Source: Alphaproteobacteria bacterium (GTDB lineage Bacteria; Pseudomonadota; Alphaproteobacteria; MPNO01). Taken from it: a DNA stretch of 64,000 bases. Location: positions 2,112,001 through 2,176,000 of the forward strand of contig OZ219866.1 of NCBI GenBank assembly GCA_964291675.2, read 5' to 3'. Of the stretch, positions 1 to 10,549 are shown in pieces. Under the pieces are notes generated by a model, which worked only from the letters and a program-made list of their open reading frames with translations, made no database searches and was not told the origin of the DNA. Both the position numbers and the translations under genes were made by a program. Position 1 is the stretch's first letter. The number at the start of each line of letters is the position of its first letter.

Positions 1-62
1 TCAGGATAGCCCCGCGGAAGCGCCGTTCCAACGCCGGCGACATCCGACACGGCAATCCCGCG

Positions 63-167
63 TCATGTGACGCGGTACGCTTCGTCGTGCGGTCCGACCG
101 CGACCGGTACCGCATCGCCGTCTTCACGGACGAGGAAGACGAAGCGGTATCGCCGGTTCAGCTTCAC
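63..167 (-). pseudogene. Probable C-terminal remnant of a RelE/ParE-superfamily toxin (34 aa)
   Basis: VKLNRRYRFVFLVREDGDAVPVAVGPHDEAYRVT resembles the 'YRxxF...VGxHDExY' tail of RelE-like toxins; its GTG overlaps the TGA of the upstream ORF; too short for a full toxin. Confidence 0.4.
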
Positions 168-469
168 GGGGTCGTCAACGAGGAAACCAGCTTGGCACCG
201 CTTGTGAAGGTCTTCCCCGTGGTCGGTGAGGCGGCACCGTCGTGGATCATCACCAGCCAGCGGATTTCCTGGCACCGCTGCACGATCTCGAAGAACAGGA
301 GATCCAGCTCGTCGAACGCGCTTCGGTCGCGAGCCGGCGCCGACGCGCATTCTTCCAGCGTGCACCGAATTTCGCGGAGCCTGACGCGTTCGCGTCGAAA
401 ATATGCCTCGGCGTCTTCGAGAGCCCGAACCCCCGCGCCGTCCAGGTCGATCATCGTACCGGCGACCAT
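164..469 (-). CDS. Hypothetical protein (101 aa), possible antitoxin partner of the RelE-like remnant
   Basis: Coding-like 3' part of the 164..1078 ORF; ATG at 469 preceded by GGAAAGG; acidic and helical composition; translationally coupled to 63..167. Confidence 0.5.
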   Translation of the reverse strand: MVAGTMIDLDGAGVRALEDAEAYFRRERVRLREIRCTLEECASAPARDRSAFDELDLLFFEIVQRCQEIRWLVMIHDGAASPTTGKTFTSGAKLVSSLTTP

Positions 470-657
470 CACCCAAGCCTTTCCGTTCGCGTCCCCCGGG
501 CGCAGGGACTCCGCAGGGACCCCATACTTCGTTTCGTTCCGGCCGGAAATCAAGGCATCTCGGCGACATGCCACGCGCTCCCGCCCGTCCCGCGCGCGCT
601 TCCCGATGCCGGTGACGTGTTTTCGCAGTTTGAACCCGTTTGTACCGCCGCCCGTCA

Positions 658-1324
658 CGTCATGGCCGGACTTGTTCCACTGCTGTCTGGTTTGGCCATC
701 GACGCGGTCCGCACCCGGCTCTCCCTGCTCCTCCACCGACAGCACCCCGTCATGGCCGGACTTGATCCGGCCATCCATGCAGCCTCCCCCCACGCACGGC
801 GATCCGTCTGGAGGGACGGCGTTGGCGGCGGTCCGCACCGGGCTCTCCCTGCACCGCCTATGGATGCCCGGATCAAGTCCGGGCATGACGTGGTGGGAGG
901 CATGGCGATGGAGCGGTCCGCGCTGGGCTCTCCATGCAGCGCCCGTGGGTGCCAGGAACGAGTCGGGGGTGACAACAGGGGGGACAAGGACGGCAAATGC
1001 GGGCGTGCTGCGATCGGTGTCCCGATCCGACCGAAGCACCGATACCCCGTCCGTATCAAGTCCTTGGGCCTCGTCCAACTCACCTGAACCGGGACAGCAG
1101 TGGACTTGTTCCGCCCATCCACCGGTTCCCCCGGCGATGGGCGGGACTCGCGGAGAGAGATGCCCGGATCAAGTCCGGGCATGACGAGGAGGGGTGTTGG
1201 CGGCTCCCCCACCCCGTCATGGCCGGACTTGATCCGGCCATCCATGCGGCCCCTCGGCGCGTGAGGCGGCCGGCCGGTAGGGGCGGCGGCGCCGGTGGAT
1301 GCCCGAACAAGTCCGGCCATGACG
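658..1324. repeat. Cluster of CGTC-type REP palindromes arranged as three inverted doublets
   Basis: CGTCATGGCCGGACTTGATCCGGCCATCCA at 748-777 and 1215-1244; inverted partners at 861-890, 1159-1186 and 1296-1324; a split copy at 658-678/1102-1121. Confidence 0.9.
679..1101. mobile_element. MITE-like non-autonomous element (423 bp) inserted in a REP
   Basis: Terminal inverted repeats ACTGCTGTCTGGTT (679-692) and AACCGGGACAGCAGT (1087-1101); 11-bp direct repeat GGACTTGTTCC at 668-678 and 1102-1112. Confidence 0.75.
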
Positions 1325-1420
1325 ATGTTGCGGGCTCGGCCGGAGAAACTTCGCGCCGGTGCGGCCGCATGCCTATGAACCGCGGAACCGGGACAGTAGA
1401 TTGCCGGGCGGGGGAGCGAG

Positions 1421-2158
1421 ATGGCCGGCATCTGGGGGAAGATCATCGGCGCCGCCGCGGGGCTCGCGCTCGGCGGGCCGATCGGCGCGCTGATCGGCGG
1501 GGTGGCCGGGCACGCGGTCGACCGGATGCGCGCCTCGCAGGATGCCGGGGAGGGGCGGGACGCCACCCGCGAGATCGCCTTCACCATCGCGGTGATCGCG
1601 CTCTGCGCCAAGATGGCCAAGGCCGACGGCACGGTGACGCGCGACGAGATCGCCGCGTTCCGCCGCATCTTCCACGTGCCCCCGGAAGAGATGAAGAATG
1701 TCGGGCGGGTGTTCGACCAGGCGCGCAAGGACGCGCGCGGCTTCGAGCCCTATGCCCGCCAGGTCGCCTCGATGTTCGCCGCCAACCCGGCGGTGCTGGA
1801 GGAGCTGCTCGACGCGCTGTTCTACATCGCCAACGCCGACGGCGTGCTGCACCCGGCCGAGCTCGACTATCTGGAGCGAGTGGCCGCGATCTTTCGCTTC
1901 GACGAGACCACCTTCCGGCGCATCCGGGCGAACCACGAGAGCGACCGCAAGACCGACCCCTATGCCGTGCTCGGCGTCGACCGCGAAGACGACGACGAGA
2001 CGGTGCGCCAGGCCTGGCTCAGGCTGACCCGGGAGAACCACCCCGACCGGCTGACCGCGCAGGGCATGCCGGAGGACTTCGTGCAGATCGCCAACGAGCG
2101 CATGGCCGGCATCAACGCCGCGTGGGACGCGATCCGCAAGCAGCGCGGCATACGCTGA
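1421..2158 (+). CDS. djlA: DjlA-like co-chaperone (N-terminal membrane anchor, TerB-like domain, C-terminal J domain)
   Basis: GKIIGAAAGLALGGPIGALIG, AKMAKADG, DPYAVLG...ENHPD (HPD motif). Confidence 0.9.
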   Translation: MAGIWGKIIGAAAGLALGGPIGALIGGVAGHAVDRMRASQDAGEGRDATREIAFTIAVIALCAKMAKADGTVTRDEIAAFRRIFHVPPEEMKNVGRVFDQARKDARGFEPYARQVASMFAANPAVLEELLDALFYIANADGVLHPAELDYLERVAAIFRFDETTFRRIRANHESDRKTDPYAVLGVDREDDDETVRQAWLRLTRENHPDRLTAQGMPEDFVQIANERMAGINAAWDAIRKQRGIR

Positions 2159-2189
2159 TCCGCCGCCCGGCGACGTCCCGGCGGCGGAT
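2158..2189 (+). terminator. Stem-loop after djlA
   Basis: ATCCGCCGCC (2158-2167) pairs with GGCGGCGGAT (2180-2189); no long U tract. Confidence 0.45.
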
Positions 2190-2218
2190 TGACACGCGCC
2201 CGGCCGAAACCCGACAAT
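2189..2218 (+). promoter_or_regulatory. Putative sigma70 promoter of the ABC operon
   Basis: TTGACA-N18-GACAAT upstream of the AGGAGG RBS at about 2261. Confidence 0.4.
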
Positions 2219-2277
2219 CGCCGGCGCTGAACGGAGGTTTCGATACCGGAACCGATAACCAGGAGGGAGAAACCATC

Positions 2278-3750
2278 GTGCGACAGGATTTTGCGGGACT
2301 CCGCGCGCTTGCCGCCGCGGCCTGCGCGGCCGGGCTGCTGGCGGCCGCCGGCGGCGCCGCCGCCGCCGAGTACGGGCCGGTTGCGCAGCGCGCCATCGAC
2401 GGCGCCAAGGCCTATGTCAAGGCCAAGGGGCTGAAGGAGCCGAAGCTCGACATTCTGCTCAACTCGCTCTACCGCAACTCGTTCCCCGACTTCGCCAGGG
2501 AGTGGGAGGGGCTGACCGGCGTCAAGGTGGTGTCCGAGCCGCTCGGCTATACCGACATCCCGAGCAAGGTGATGGGCGAGGCGGTCGCCAAGACCGGCGC
2601 CTTCGACATGTTCAACGACTTCCCCTACACCCAGCCCGACGCGGCGAGCGCCGGGGTGCTGCAGCCGCTCGACGAGTACGCGGCCAAGTACAAGCCCGAC
2701 TTCTCCGGCGTGCCGGAGGCCTTCATCGCCCAGCAGTTCTACAACGGCAAGCAGTACTCCTTCGTGCTCGACGGCGACCACATCATCCTGGTGCTGCGCA
2801 AGGACATCGTCGAGAACCCCGAGGCGCGGGCCGCGTTCAAGAAGGCGACCGGCAAGGAGCTCGGCTGTCCGGCGACCATGGCGGACTGGGAGGAGCAGGC
2901 GAAGTTCTTCCACACCGAGGCCGGCCAGACGCGCTGGGGCGTCAAGTTCGAAAAGCCGCTGTTCGGCGCGATGGGCTACCGGTCGGTGAACTTCTCGCAC
3001 CGCCACTTCCCGGCCTATTTCGGCGGGCTGCTGTTCGACAAGGACATGAACCCGCGCGTGAATTCCGAGCAGGGCGTCAAGGCGATCGCCGCGTTCTCGT
3101 CGATCGTGCAATACATGCCCAAGGACATCCAGGGCTGGGGCACGCCGCAGATCTACCCGTTCTGGGGCTCCGGCCAGGCCTATTCGGTGATGTCCTTCCC
3201 GTCGATCTTCGGCTACGGCAACGCCAACCCGAAGAGCGTGGTGAAGCAGAAGCAGCTGCCCTGCGTCATCCCGGCGACGAATGCGGGCGGCAAGCCGGTG
3301 CGCCGGGCGGCGGAGGCCGCGGGGACCAGCTACATGGTGAACGCCTATAGCGACGCCCCCGAGCTCGCCTATCTGTTCATCCAGTGGCTGACCAGCCCGT
3401 CGGTCGGCAACCGGGCGATCGCCCATCCCAAGGGCTTCTGGGACCCGTTCCGCGAGGCCAACAAGGGCGATGCGGGAATCCTCAAGAAGTTCTCACAGGA
3501 GTTCCTCGACACCACGCTGGAGAACGCCCAGTACACCACGTCGCTGCTCTATATCGAGGGTCACTACGAGTACATGAAGATCCTCGACAACAACCTGGCC
3601 GACGTGATGAACGGCAATATCGAGCCCGAAGAGGCCGCCAAGCGGGTCGAGAAGGGCTGGAACGGCGTGACCGAGGATATCGGCCGCAAGGAACAGATCG
3701 AGGCGTGGCGCAAGGGCGTCGCGGCCGGGCTCTATATCGACAAGCTGTAG
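2278..3750 (+). CDS. Carbohydrate-type (CUT1) ABC transporter substrate-binding protein
   Basis: GTG start after AGGAGG; Ala-rich signal peptide; SBP_bac_1-like motifs (WEGLTGVKV, PATMADW, LAYLFIQWLTSP). Confidence 0.85.
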   Translation: MRQDFAGLRALAAAACAAGLLAAAGGAAAAEYGPVAQRAIDGAKAYVKAKGLKEPKLDILLNSLYRNSFPDFAREWEGLTGVKVVSEPLGYTDIPSKVMGEAVAKTGAFDMFNDFPYTQPDAASAGVLQPLDEYAAKYKPDFSGVPEAFIAQQFYNGKQYSFVLDGDHIILVLRKDIVENPEARAAFKKATGKELGCPATMADWEEQAKFFHTEAGQTRWGVKFEKPLFGAMGYRSVNFSHRHFPAYFGGLLFDKDMNPRVNSEQGVKAIAAFSSIVQYMPKDIQGWGTPQIYPFWGSGQAYSVMSFPSIFGYGNANPKSVVKQKQLPCVIPATNAGGKPVRRAAEAAGTSYMVNAYSDAPELAYLFIQWLTSPSVGNRAIAHPKGFWDPFREANKGDAGILKKFSQEFLDTTLENAQYTTSLLYIEGHYEYMKILDNNLADVMNGNIEPEEAAKRVEKGWNGVTEDIGRKEQIEAWRKGVAAGLYIDKL

Positions 3751-3770
3751 CCCGGATGCCTCAAGCGGCG

Positions 3771-3800
3771 GCCCGGACGGCGGCAGGCCGCCGTCCGGGC
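3771..3800 (+). terminator. Intercistronic hairpin after the SBP gene (mRNA stabiliser or attenuator)
   Basis: Perfect 14-bp inverted repeat GCCCGGACGGCGGC / GCCGCCGTCCGGGC. Confidence 0.55.
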
Positions 3801-3829
3801 GTCCGCGCGTCGAGGACGCATAGCCGACG

Positions 3830-4801
3830 ATGACCGCGCTCAGCGGAACAGAGGCGCCCGCGCGCAACGGCCCGCTCGCCCGGCTGGGCGCGTGGCTGGC
3901 CCGGGAACGGGTGTTCCGCTGGATCCCCTTCGTGCTCGTCGAGGGGACCTTCATCCTGGTCATCATCATCCCGTTCCTGCTGACCATCTACATCAGCTTC
4001 CTGCGCTGGCGCGCCAACCGCCCGTTCGAGCAGGCCTATCTGTCGGGCTTCAGGAACTACGAAGCGGTGCTGTCGGATACCGGCTTCTGGGCGGCGCTCG
4101 GGCGCACCTTCTACTTCGCCGGCTTCGCCGTGGTGTTCGAGCTCGTCATCGGCTTCGTGCTGGCGATGCTGGTGCACCGGGTGGTGCGCGGGCGCCGGAT
4201 CTACATCACCGTCTTCCTGATCCCGATGATGGTCGTGCCGGTGGTCGTCGGATACAACTTTTCGATGATCTATATCGACCACGGGCCGCTCAACCAGCTC
4301 TTGTCGCCGCTGACCGCGGCGCTCGGCATCGACCCCCGGATCCGCTGGCTGTCCGACCCGCTGGCCGCGCAGTGGGCGATCATCCTGGCCGATGTGTGGC
4401 AGTGGACGTCGCTCACCTTCCTGATCTTCCTGTCGGGCTACTCGGCGCTGCCGCCGCAGCTCATCAACGCCGCCCGGGTGATGGGCGCCTCGCGCTGGCA
4501 GATCTTCTGGTGGGTCGAGTTTCCGCTGCTCAAGCCGGCCATCGTGATCGCCGTCGTGGTCCGCTCGATGGAGGCGCTGAAGCTGTTCGACCCCGTGGTG
4601 CTGCTCACCTTCGGCGGGCCCGGCACGTCGACCCAGACGGTCGCCTACTATCTGTGGGAGCAGGTCTGGCAGTTCAACAAGTTCGCCTTCGGCGCGGCGG
4701 CGTCGATGCTGCTGCTGATCCTGTTCTCGGCGCTGATCTTCACCGGGATCTGGCTGATGATGCGCGAGCGCACGCGGATCGAGCGGGAGCGCCTCTCGTG
4801 A
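3830..4801 (+). CDS. CUT1 ABC permease
   Basis: Multiple TM segments; ADVWQWT and EAA-like loop NAARVMGASRWQIF. Confidence 0.9.
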   Translation: MTALSGTEAPARNGPLARLGAWLARERVFRWIPFVLVEGTFILVIIIPFLLTIYISFLRWRANRPFEQAYLSGFRNYEAVLSDTGFWAALGRTFYFAGFAVVFELVIGFVLAMLVHRVVRGRRIYITVFLIPMMVVPVVVGYNFSMIYIDHGPLNQLLSPLTAALGIDPRIRWLSDPLAAQWAIILADVWQWTSLTFLIFLSGYSALPPQLINAARVMGASRWQIFWWVEFPLLKPAIVIAVVVRSMEALKLFDPVVLLTFGGPGTSTQTVAYYLWEQVWQFNKFAFGAAASMLLLILFSALIFTGIWLMMRERTRIERERLS

Positions 4802-5739
4802 CGCCCGGCGCCGCCCGGGCCGCTTCGGGAGGGCGCCGCCGCCGCCGCGCGGCGCTGCGCCACGCCGTGCTGATCGGCTGGGGCGCGATCATCATGTTCC
4901 CGATCTACTGGATGCTCCAGACCTCGTTCAAGGATTCGGGCGAGTGGGTGACCTGGCCGCCGAACTGGCTGCCGCAGGACCCGACGCTCAAGAACTACGA
5001 GCAGATCTTCACCTTCGACGTGCAGCAGGCAGGCGTCGCGCGCGAGGCGACCGAGCAGCCCTTCAACATCTGGGGCTCGCTGCTCGATTCGCTGCTGATC
5101 TGCACCATCTCCTCGCTGGTCGCGCTGTTCATGGGGACCTTCCTCGCCTACGCCATCTCGCGCTTCAATGTCGGCGGCTCGACCTTCCGCCACATGGTGC
5201 TGATGATCCGCATGATCCCGCCGATCGTGATCGCCATCCCGCTGCTGATGTACTACGCCATCATGGTGCCGTTCGCGACCGAGACGCTGCTGGATTCGCG
5301 GATCAGCCTGTTCGACACCCGCACCGGGGTCAGCATGCTCTACACCACGGTGACGCTGCCCTTCGTCATCTGGATGATGCTGAGCTTCATCGACGAGGTG
5401 CCCTATACGCTGGAGCACGCCGCCCGGCTGATGGGGGCGGGGCGCATCTACACCCTGCGCAAGATCGTGCTGCCGCTGGTGGCGTCCGGCATGGTGGTCA
5501 CCTTCCTGTTCGTGTTCATCCTGAGCTGGGGGGAGTTCCTGCTGGCGCTGACGCTGACGCATCCCGACGTGTCGACCCTGCCGGTGCTGCTCAACAAGTT
5601 CCAGAGCGCATCCGAAGGCCGGCTCTACGGCCCGCAGGCGGCGATCGGCACGGTGATTACCATCCCGGTGGTGGTCATGGGCGTCCTGATCCAGAAGCAC
5701 CTGGTGAAGGGCTTCAGCTTCGGCATGATGCGCCGCTGA
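4798..5739 (+). CDS. CUT1 ABC permease
   Basis: GTGA overlap with the previous gene; FPIYWML, LPFVIWMM, EHAARLMGA. Confidence 0.88.
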   Translation: MTPGAARAASGGRRRRRAALRHAVLIGWGAIIMFPIYWMLQTSFKDSGEWVTWPPNWLPQDPTLKNYEQIFTFDVQQAGVAREATEQPFNIWGSLLDSLLICTISSLVALFMGTFLAYAISRFNVGGSTFRHMVLMIRMIPPIVIAIPLLMYYAIMVPFATETLLDSRISLFDTRTGVSMLYTTVTLPFVIWMMLSFIDEVPYTLEHAARLMGAGRIYTLRKIVLPLVASGMVVTFLFVFILSWGEFLLALTLTHPDVSTLPVLLNKFQSASEGRLYGPQAAIGTVITIPVVVMGVLIQKHLVKGFSFGMMRR

Positions 5740-5765
5740 CGGCGCCCGGGAGGAAGGAGGCACGC

Positions 5766-6848
5766 GTGGCGGGAATCGTGCTCAGGGAGCTGGTCAAGGA
5801 CTTCGGCAGCTTCGCCGCCGTCAAGGGCATCGATCTGGAGATCCGGGACGGCGAGTTCCTGATCCTGGTCGGCCCCTCGGGCTGCGGCAAGACGACGACG
5901 CTGAACATGATCTCCGGGCTGGTCGACCCGACCGCCGGCGACATCTTCATCGGCGAGCGGGCGGTCACCCATACCGAGGCCGGCGAGCGCGGGCTCGGCA
6001 TGGTATTCCAGGACCTCGCCCTGTTCCCGCACATGACGGTGTTCGAGAACATCGCCTTCGGCCTGCGCGTCAAGGACGTCGACGCCCACGAGATCCGCCG
6101 CCGCGTGCACGAGGCGGCGGATGCGATGCACATCGCGCCGCTGCTCGACAAGCGGCCCAGCGAGTGCTCCGGCGGCGAGGCGCAGCGCGTGGCGCTCGCG
6201 CGCACCATCGTCACCAACCCGGCGGTCTATCTGATGGACGAGCCGCTCTCCAGCCTCGATGCCAAGCTGCGCGTCGAGATGCGCACCGAGCTCAAGCATC
6301 TGCACGAGCAGCTCGGCGGCACCTTCGTCTACGTCACCCACGACCAGGCCGAGGCGATGACCATGGCCGACCGGATCGCGGTGATGAATGCCGGGCGCAT
6401 CGAGCAGGTCGGCGGGCCGCTCGAAATCTACCGCCGCCCGGCTACGCATTTCGTCGCGGGCTTCTTCGGCATGCCGACGATGAACTTCCTCGACGGGACC
6501 GTCGCCGCCGCCGACGGCGGCCCGGAGTTCCGCGGCACCGGGCTCGCCGCCGCGCTCGATCCGTCCTCGGCCGCCGGGCTTGCCGGGCGCGACGTGGTGC
6601 TCGGCGTGCGCTCCGAGCACGTTCTCGTCGTCGACGCCGAGGCGCCCGGCGCGATCCCGGCCCGGGTCAGCCTGATCGAGCCCCTGGGCGACGCCACCCT
6701 CCTGTTCTTCGAGCATGGCGGGGCGCGGCGCATGGTGGCCAAGGTCGATCCCGACCTGCCGGCCAAGGTCGGCGATGCGATCCATGTCGCGCTCGATACC
6801 GCCAACCTGCATCTGTTCGACAGGTCCGGCGGCGCCAGGCTGAATTGA
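5766..6848 (+). CDS. MalK-like ABC ATP-binding protein
   Basis: Walker A GPSGCGKT; SGGEAQR signature variant; MDEPLSSLD; VTHDQAEA; AAGGAGG RBS. Confidence 0.92.
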   Translation: MAGIVLRELVKDFGSFAAVKGIDLEIRDGEFLILVGPSGCGKTTTLNMISGLVDPTAGDIFIGERAVTHTEAGERGLGMVFQDLALFPHMTVFENIAFGLRVKDVDAHEIRRRVHEAADAMHIAPLLDKRPSECSGGEAQRVALARTIVTNPAVYLMDEPLSSLDAKLRVEMRTELKHLHEQLGGTFVYVTHDQAEAMTMADRIAVMNAGRIEQVGGPLEIYRRPATHFVAGFFGMPTMNFLDGTVAAADGGPEFRGTGLAAALDPSSAAGLAGRDVVLGVRSEHVLVVDAEAPGAIPARVSLIEPLGDATLLFFEHGGARRMVAKVDPDLPAKVGDAIHVALDTANLHLFDRSGGARLN

Positions 6849-6928
6849 CCCCGGCGGGCGGATTCGCGGGTTTTCGTCAAAAACCTGCAACAAATCGTCG
6901 CAGCCGCGCATTATCCGCCGGTTCCCAC

Positions 6929-6956
6929 CTTGACCTCGCCCGGGGCCGGCCATATC
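6929..6956 (+). promoter_or_regulatory. Putative alphaproteobacterial sigma70/sigma32-type promoter
   Basis: CTTGAC-N16-CATATC upstream of the GcrA-like ORF. Confidence 0.35.
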
Positions 6957-6988
6957 TATCGCGCGTTCCAAGAAAAGAGCGTGCAACG

Positions 6989-7207
6989 ATGTCGGACCGA
7001 GCGAAACTCGTCTCGCTGTTGAAGGCGGGCAAGTCATCCCCTTACCGGACCTGCCAGTGGCCATATGGCGAACCCGGCACGAAGGATTTTCATTTCTGCG
7101 GCCGCAAGACCTCGCAGGGTTTTTCCTACTGCGCCGCGCATGTGAAGATGGCCTATCGCGAGCCCGAGAGCCGGCGCGACTCCGCGCCGCGCCGCAGCGC
7201 GGCCTAG
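6989..7207 (+). CDS. GcrA-family protein consisting of the C-terminal Cys/His domain only (72 aa)
   Basis: TCQWPYGEPGTKDFHFCG...YCAAHVKMAY matches the GcrA C-terminal motif; no N-terminal WTDER-type HTH in frame upstream. Confidence 0.8.
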   Translation: MSDRAKLVSLLKAGKSSPYRTCQWPYGEPGTKDFHFCGRKTSQGFSYCAAHVKMAYREPESRRDSAPRRSAA

Positions 7208-7251
7208 CCGAGACCGACCCCGCGACCGGTTGCCCGGGGCGCGGCCGCGTC

Positions 7252-7938
7252 GTGATCGACCGGCCGTCGCCCAACCACGACCGGCGGCCGGACGGGGTGC
7301 CGACCGACCTCGTGGTGCTGCACTATACCGGCATGGCGAGTGCGGCGGCGGCGCTCGCGCGCTTGTGCGATCCGGCGGCGCGGGTGAGCGCGCATTACCT
7401 GATCGGCGAGGACGGGGAGACCTGGCGCCTCGTCGAGGAGGCGCGCCGCGCCTGGCACGCCGGGATCGCCTGCTGGACGGGCGAGGCCGACGTCAACGGC
7501 AGGTCCATCGGCATCGAGCTCGCCAACCCGGGGCATGAGCTCGGCTACCGTCCGTTCCCCGAGAAGCAGCTCCGGGCGCTCGAACGGCTGCTCGCGGGGA
7601 TACTCGAACGCCGGCGCATCGACCCCGCCCGCGTGGTCGGGCATTCCGACGTGGCGCCGCTGCGCAAGCGGGACCCCGGCGAGCTGTTCCCCTGGCGCCG
7701 CCTGGCGGCGAAGGGGCTCGCCTGGCGGCCGGCCGACCCGTCCGCAACCGCCGCGCCGGACGAGGGCCGCGCGCGCGCCGCGCTCGGGCGCTTCGGCTAC
7801 GGTTCTCTCGACGATCCCGGGGCGTTCGCCGCCGTGCTGACCGCCTTTCAGCGCCGCTTCCGGCCGGCCCTCTGCGACGGCAGGCTCGACGGCGAGACCA
7901 TGGCGTGGATCGCCGCGGTCGAGCGCGGGCTCGATTGA
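7252..7938 (+). CDS. amiD: N-acetylmuramoyl-L-alanine amidase (AmiD/AmpD, amidase_2) with peptidoglycan-binding tail
   Basis: PSPNHD, VVLHYTGM, VSAHYLI, RAWHAG, SIGIEL, GHSDVAPLRKRDPGELFPW, AFQRRFRP; start approximate. Confidence 0.9.
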   Translation: MIDRPSPNHDRRPDGVPTDLVVLHYTGMASAAAALARLCDPAARVSAHYLIGEDGETWRLVEEARRAWHAGIACWTGEADVNGRSIGIELANPGHELGYRPFPEKQLRALERLLAGILERRRIDPARVVGHSDVAPLRKRDPGELFPWRRLAAKGLAWRPADPSATAAPDEGRARAALGRFGYGSLDDPGAFAAVLTAFQRRFRPALCDGRLDGETMAWIAAVERGLD

Positions 7939-7970
7939 CGCCCGGCGGTTGCGGCACCACTTCAGGCGAT

Positions 7971-8346
<376 letters not shown>

Positions 8347-8447
8347 GCTACGCTCCTGGCTTCCCGGACCCGGTCAGGGCAGCAGCACCTTGTCGAGGAA
8401 GAACAGGCCGGGGCTCACATACCGATGTGACCAACCAGCATTTCTCA

Positions 8448-10430
<1,983 letters not shown>

Positions 10431-10545
10431 CCAGGGTCATGGTCTGCGCGGCGCTGTCCGGCCGACAGGGCAGGAGAGGCGCGCGGCGCGATGCGGCACA
10501 TCGGGCAAGCGCGTCTGCGCACCCTGTCGGCCGGACAGCGCCGCC
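10431..10545 (+). repeat. Dispersed palindromic repeat, copy A (interrupted by the intron; its 5' part GCATTTCTCA lies at 8438-8447)
   Basis: 10436-10506 matches the reverse complement of 52286-52356 at 69/71 nt; internal inverted repeat GCGGCGCTGTCCGGCCGACAGGG ... CCCTGTCGGCCGGACAGCGCCGC. Confidence 0.88.
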
Positions 10546-10549
10546 CTAA

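Noticed and set aside
650-1330. Possible CRISPR array
   Set aside because: Repeats alternate in orientation with irregular spacing, match CGTC-type REPs, and no cas genes are present
997-2277. Long N-terminal extension of the 917-aa ORF (and similar extensions such as 20445, 26380, 34782 and 58032)
   Set aside because: High-GC read-through of alternative frames overlapping real genes; true starts have RBS and family N-termini further downstream
6160-6195. Degenerate ABC signature CSGGEAQR
   Set aside because: SGGE variants are common in CUT1 ATPases; Walker A, Walker B and the H-loop are intact
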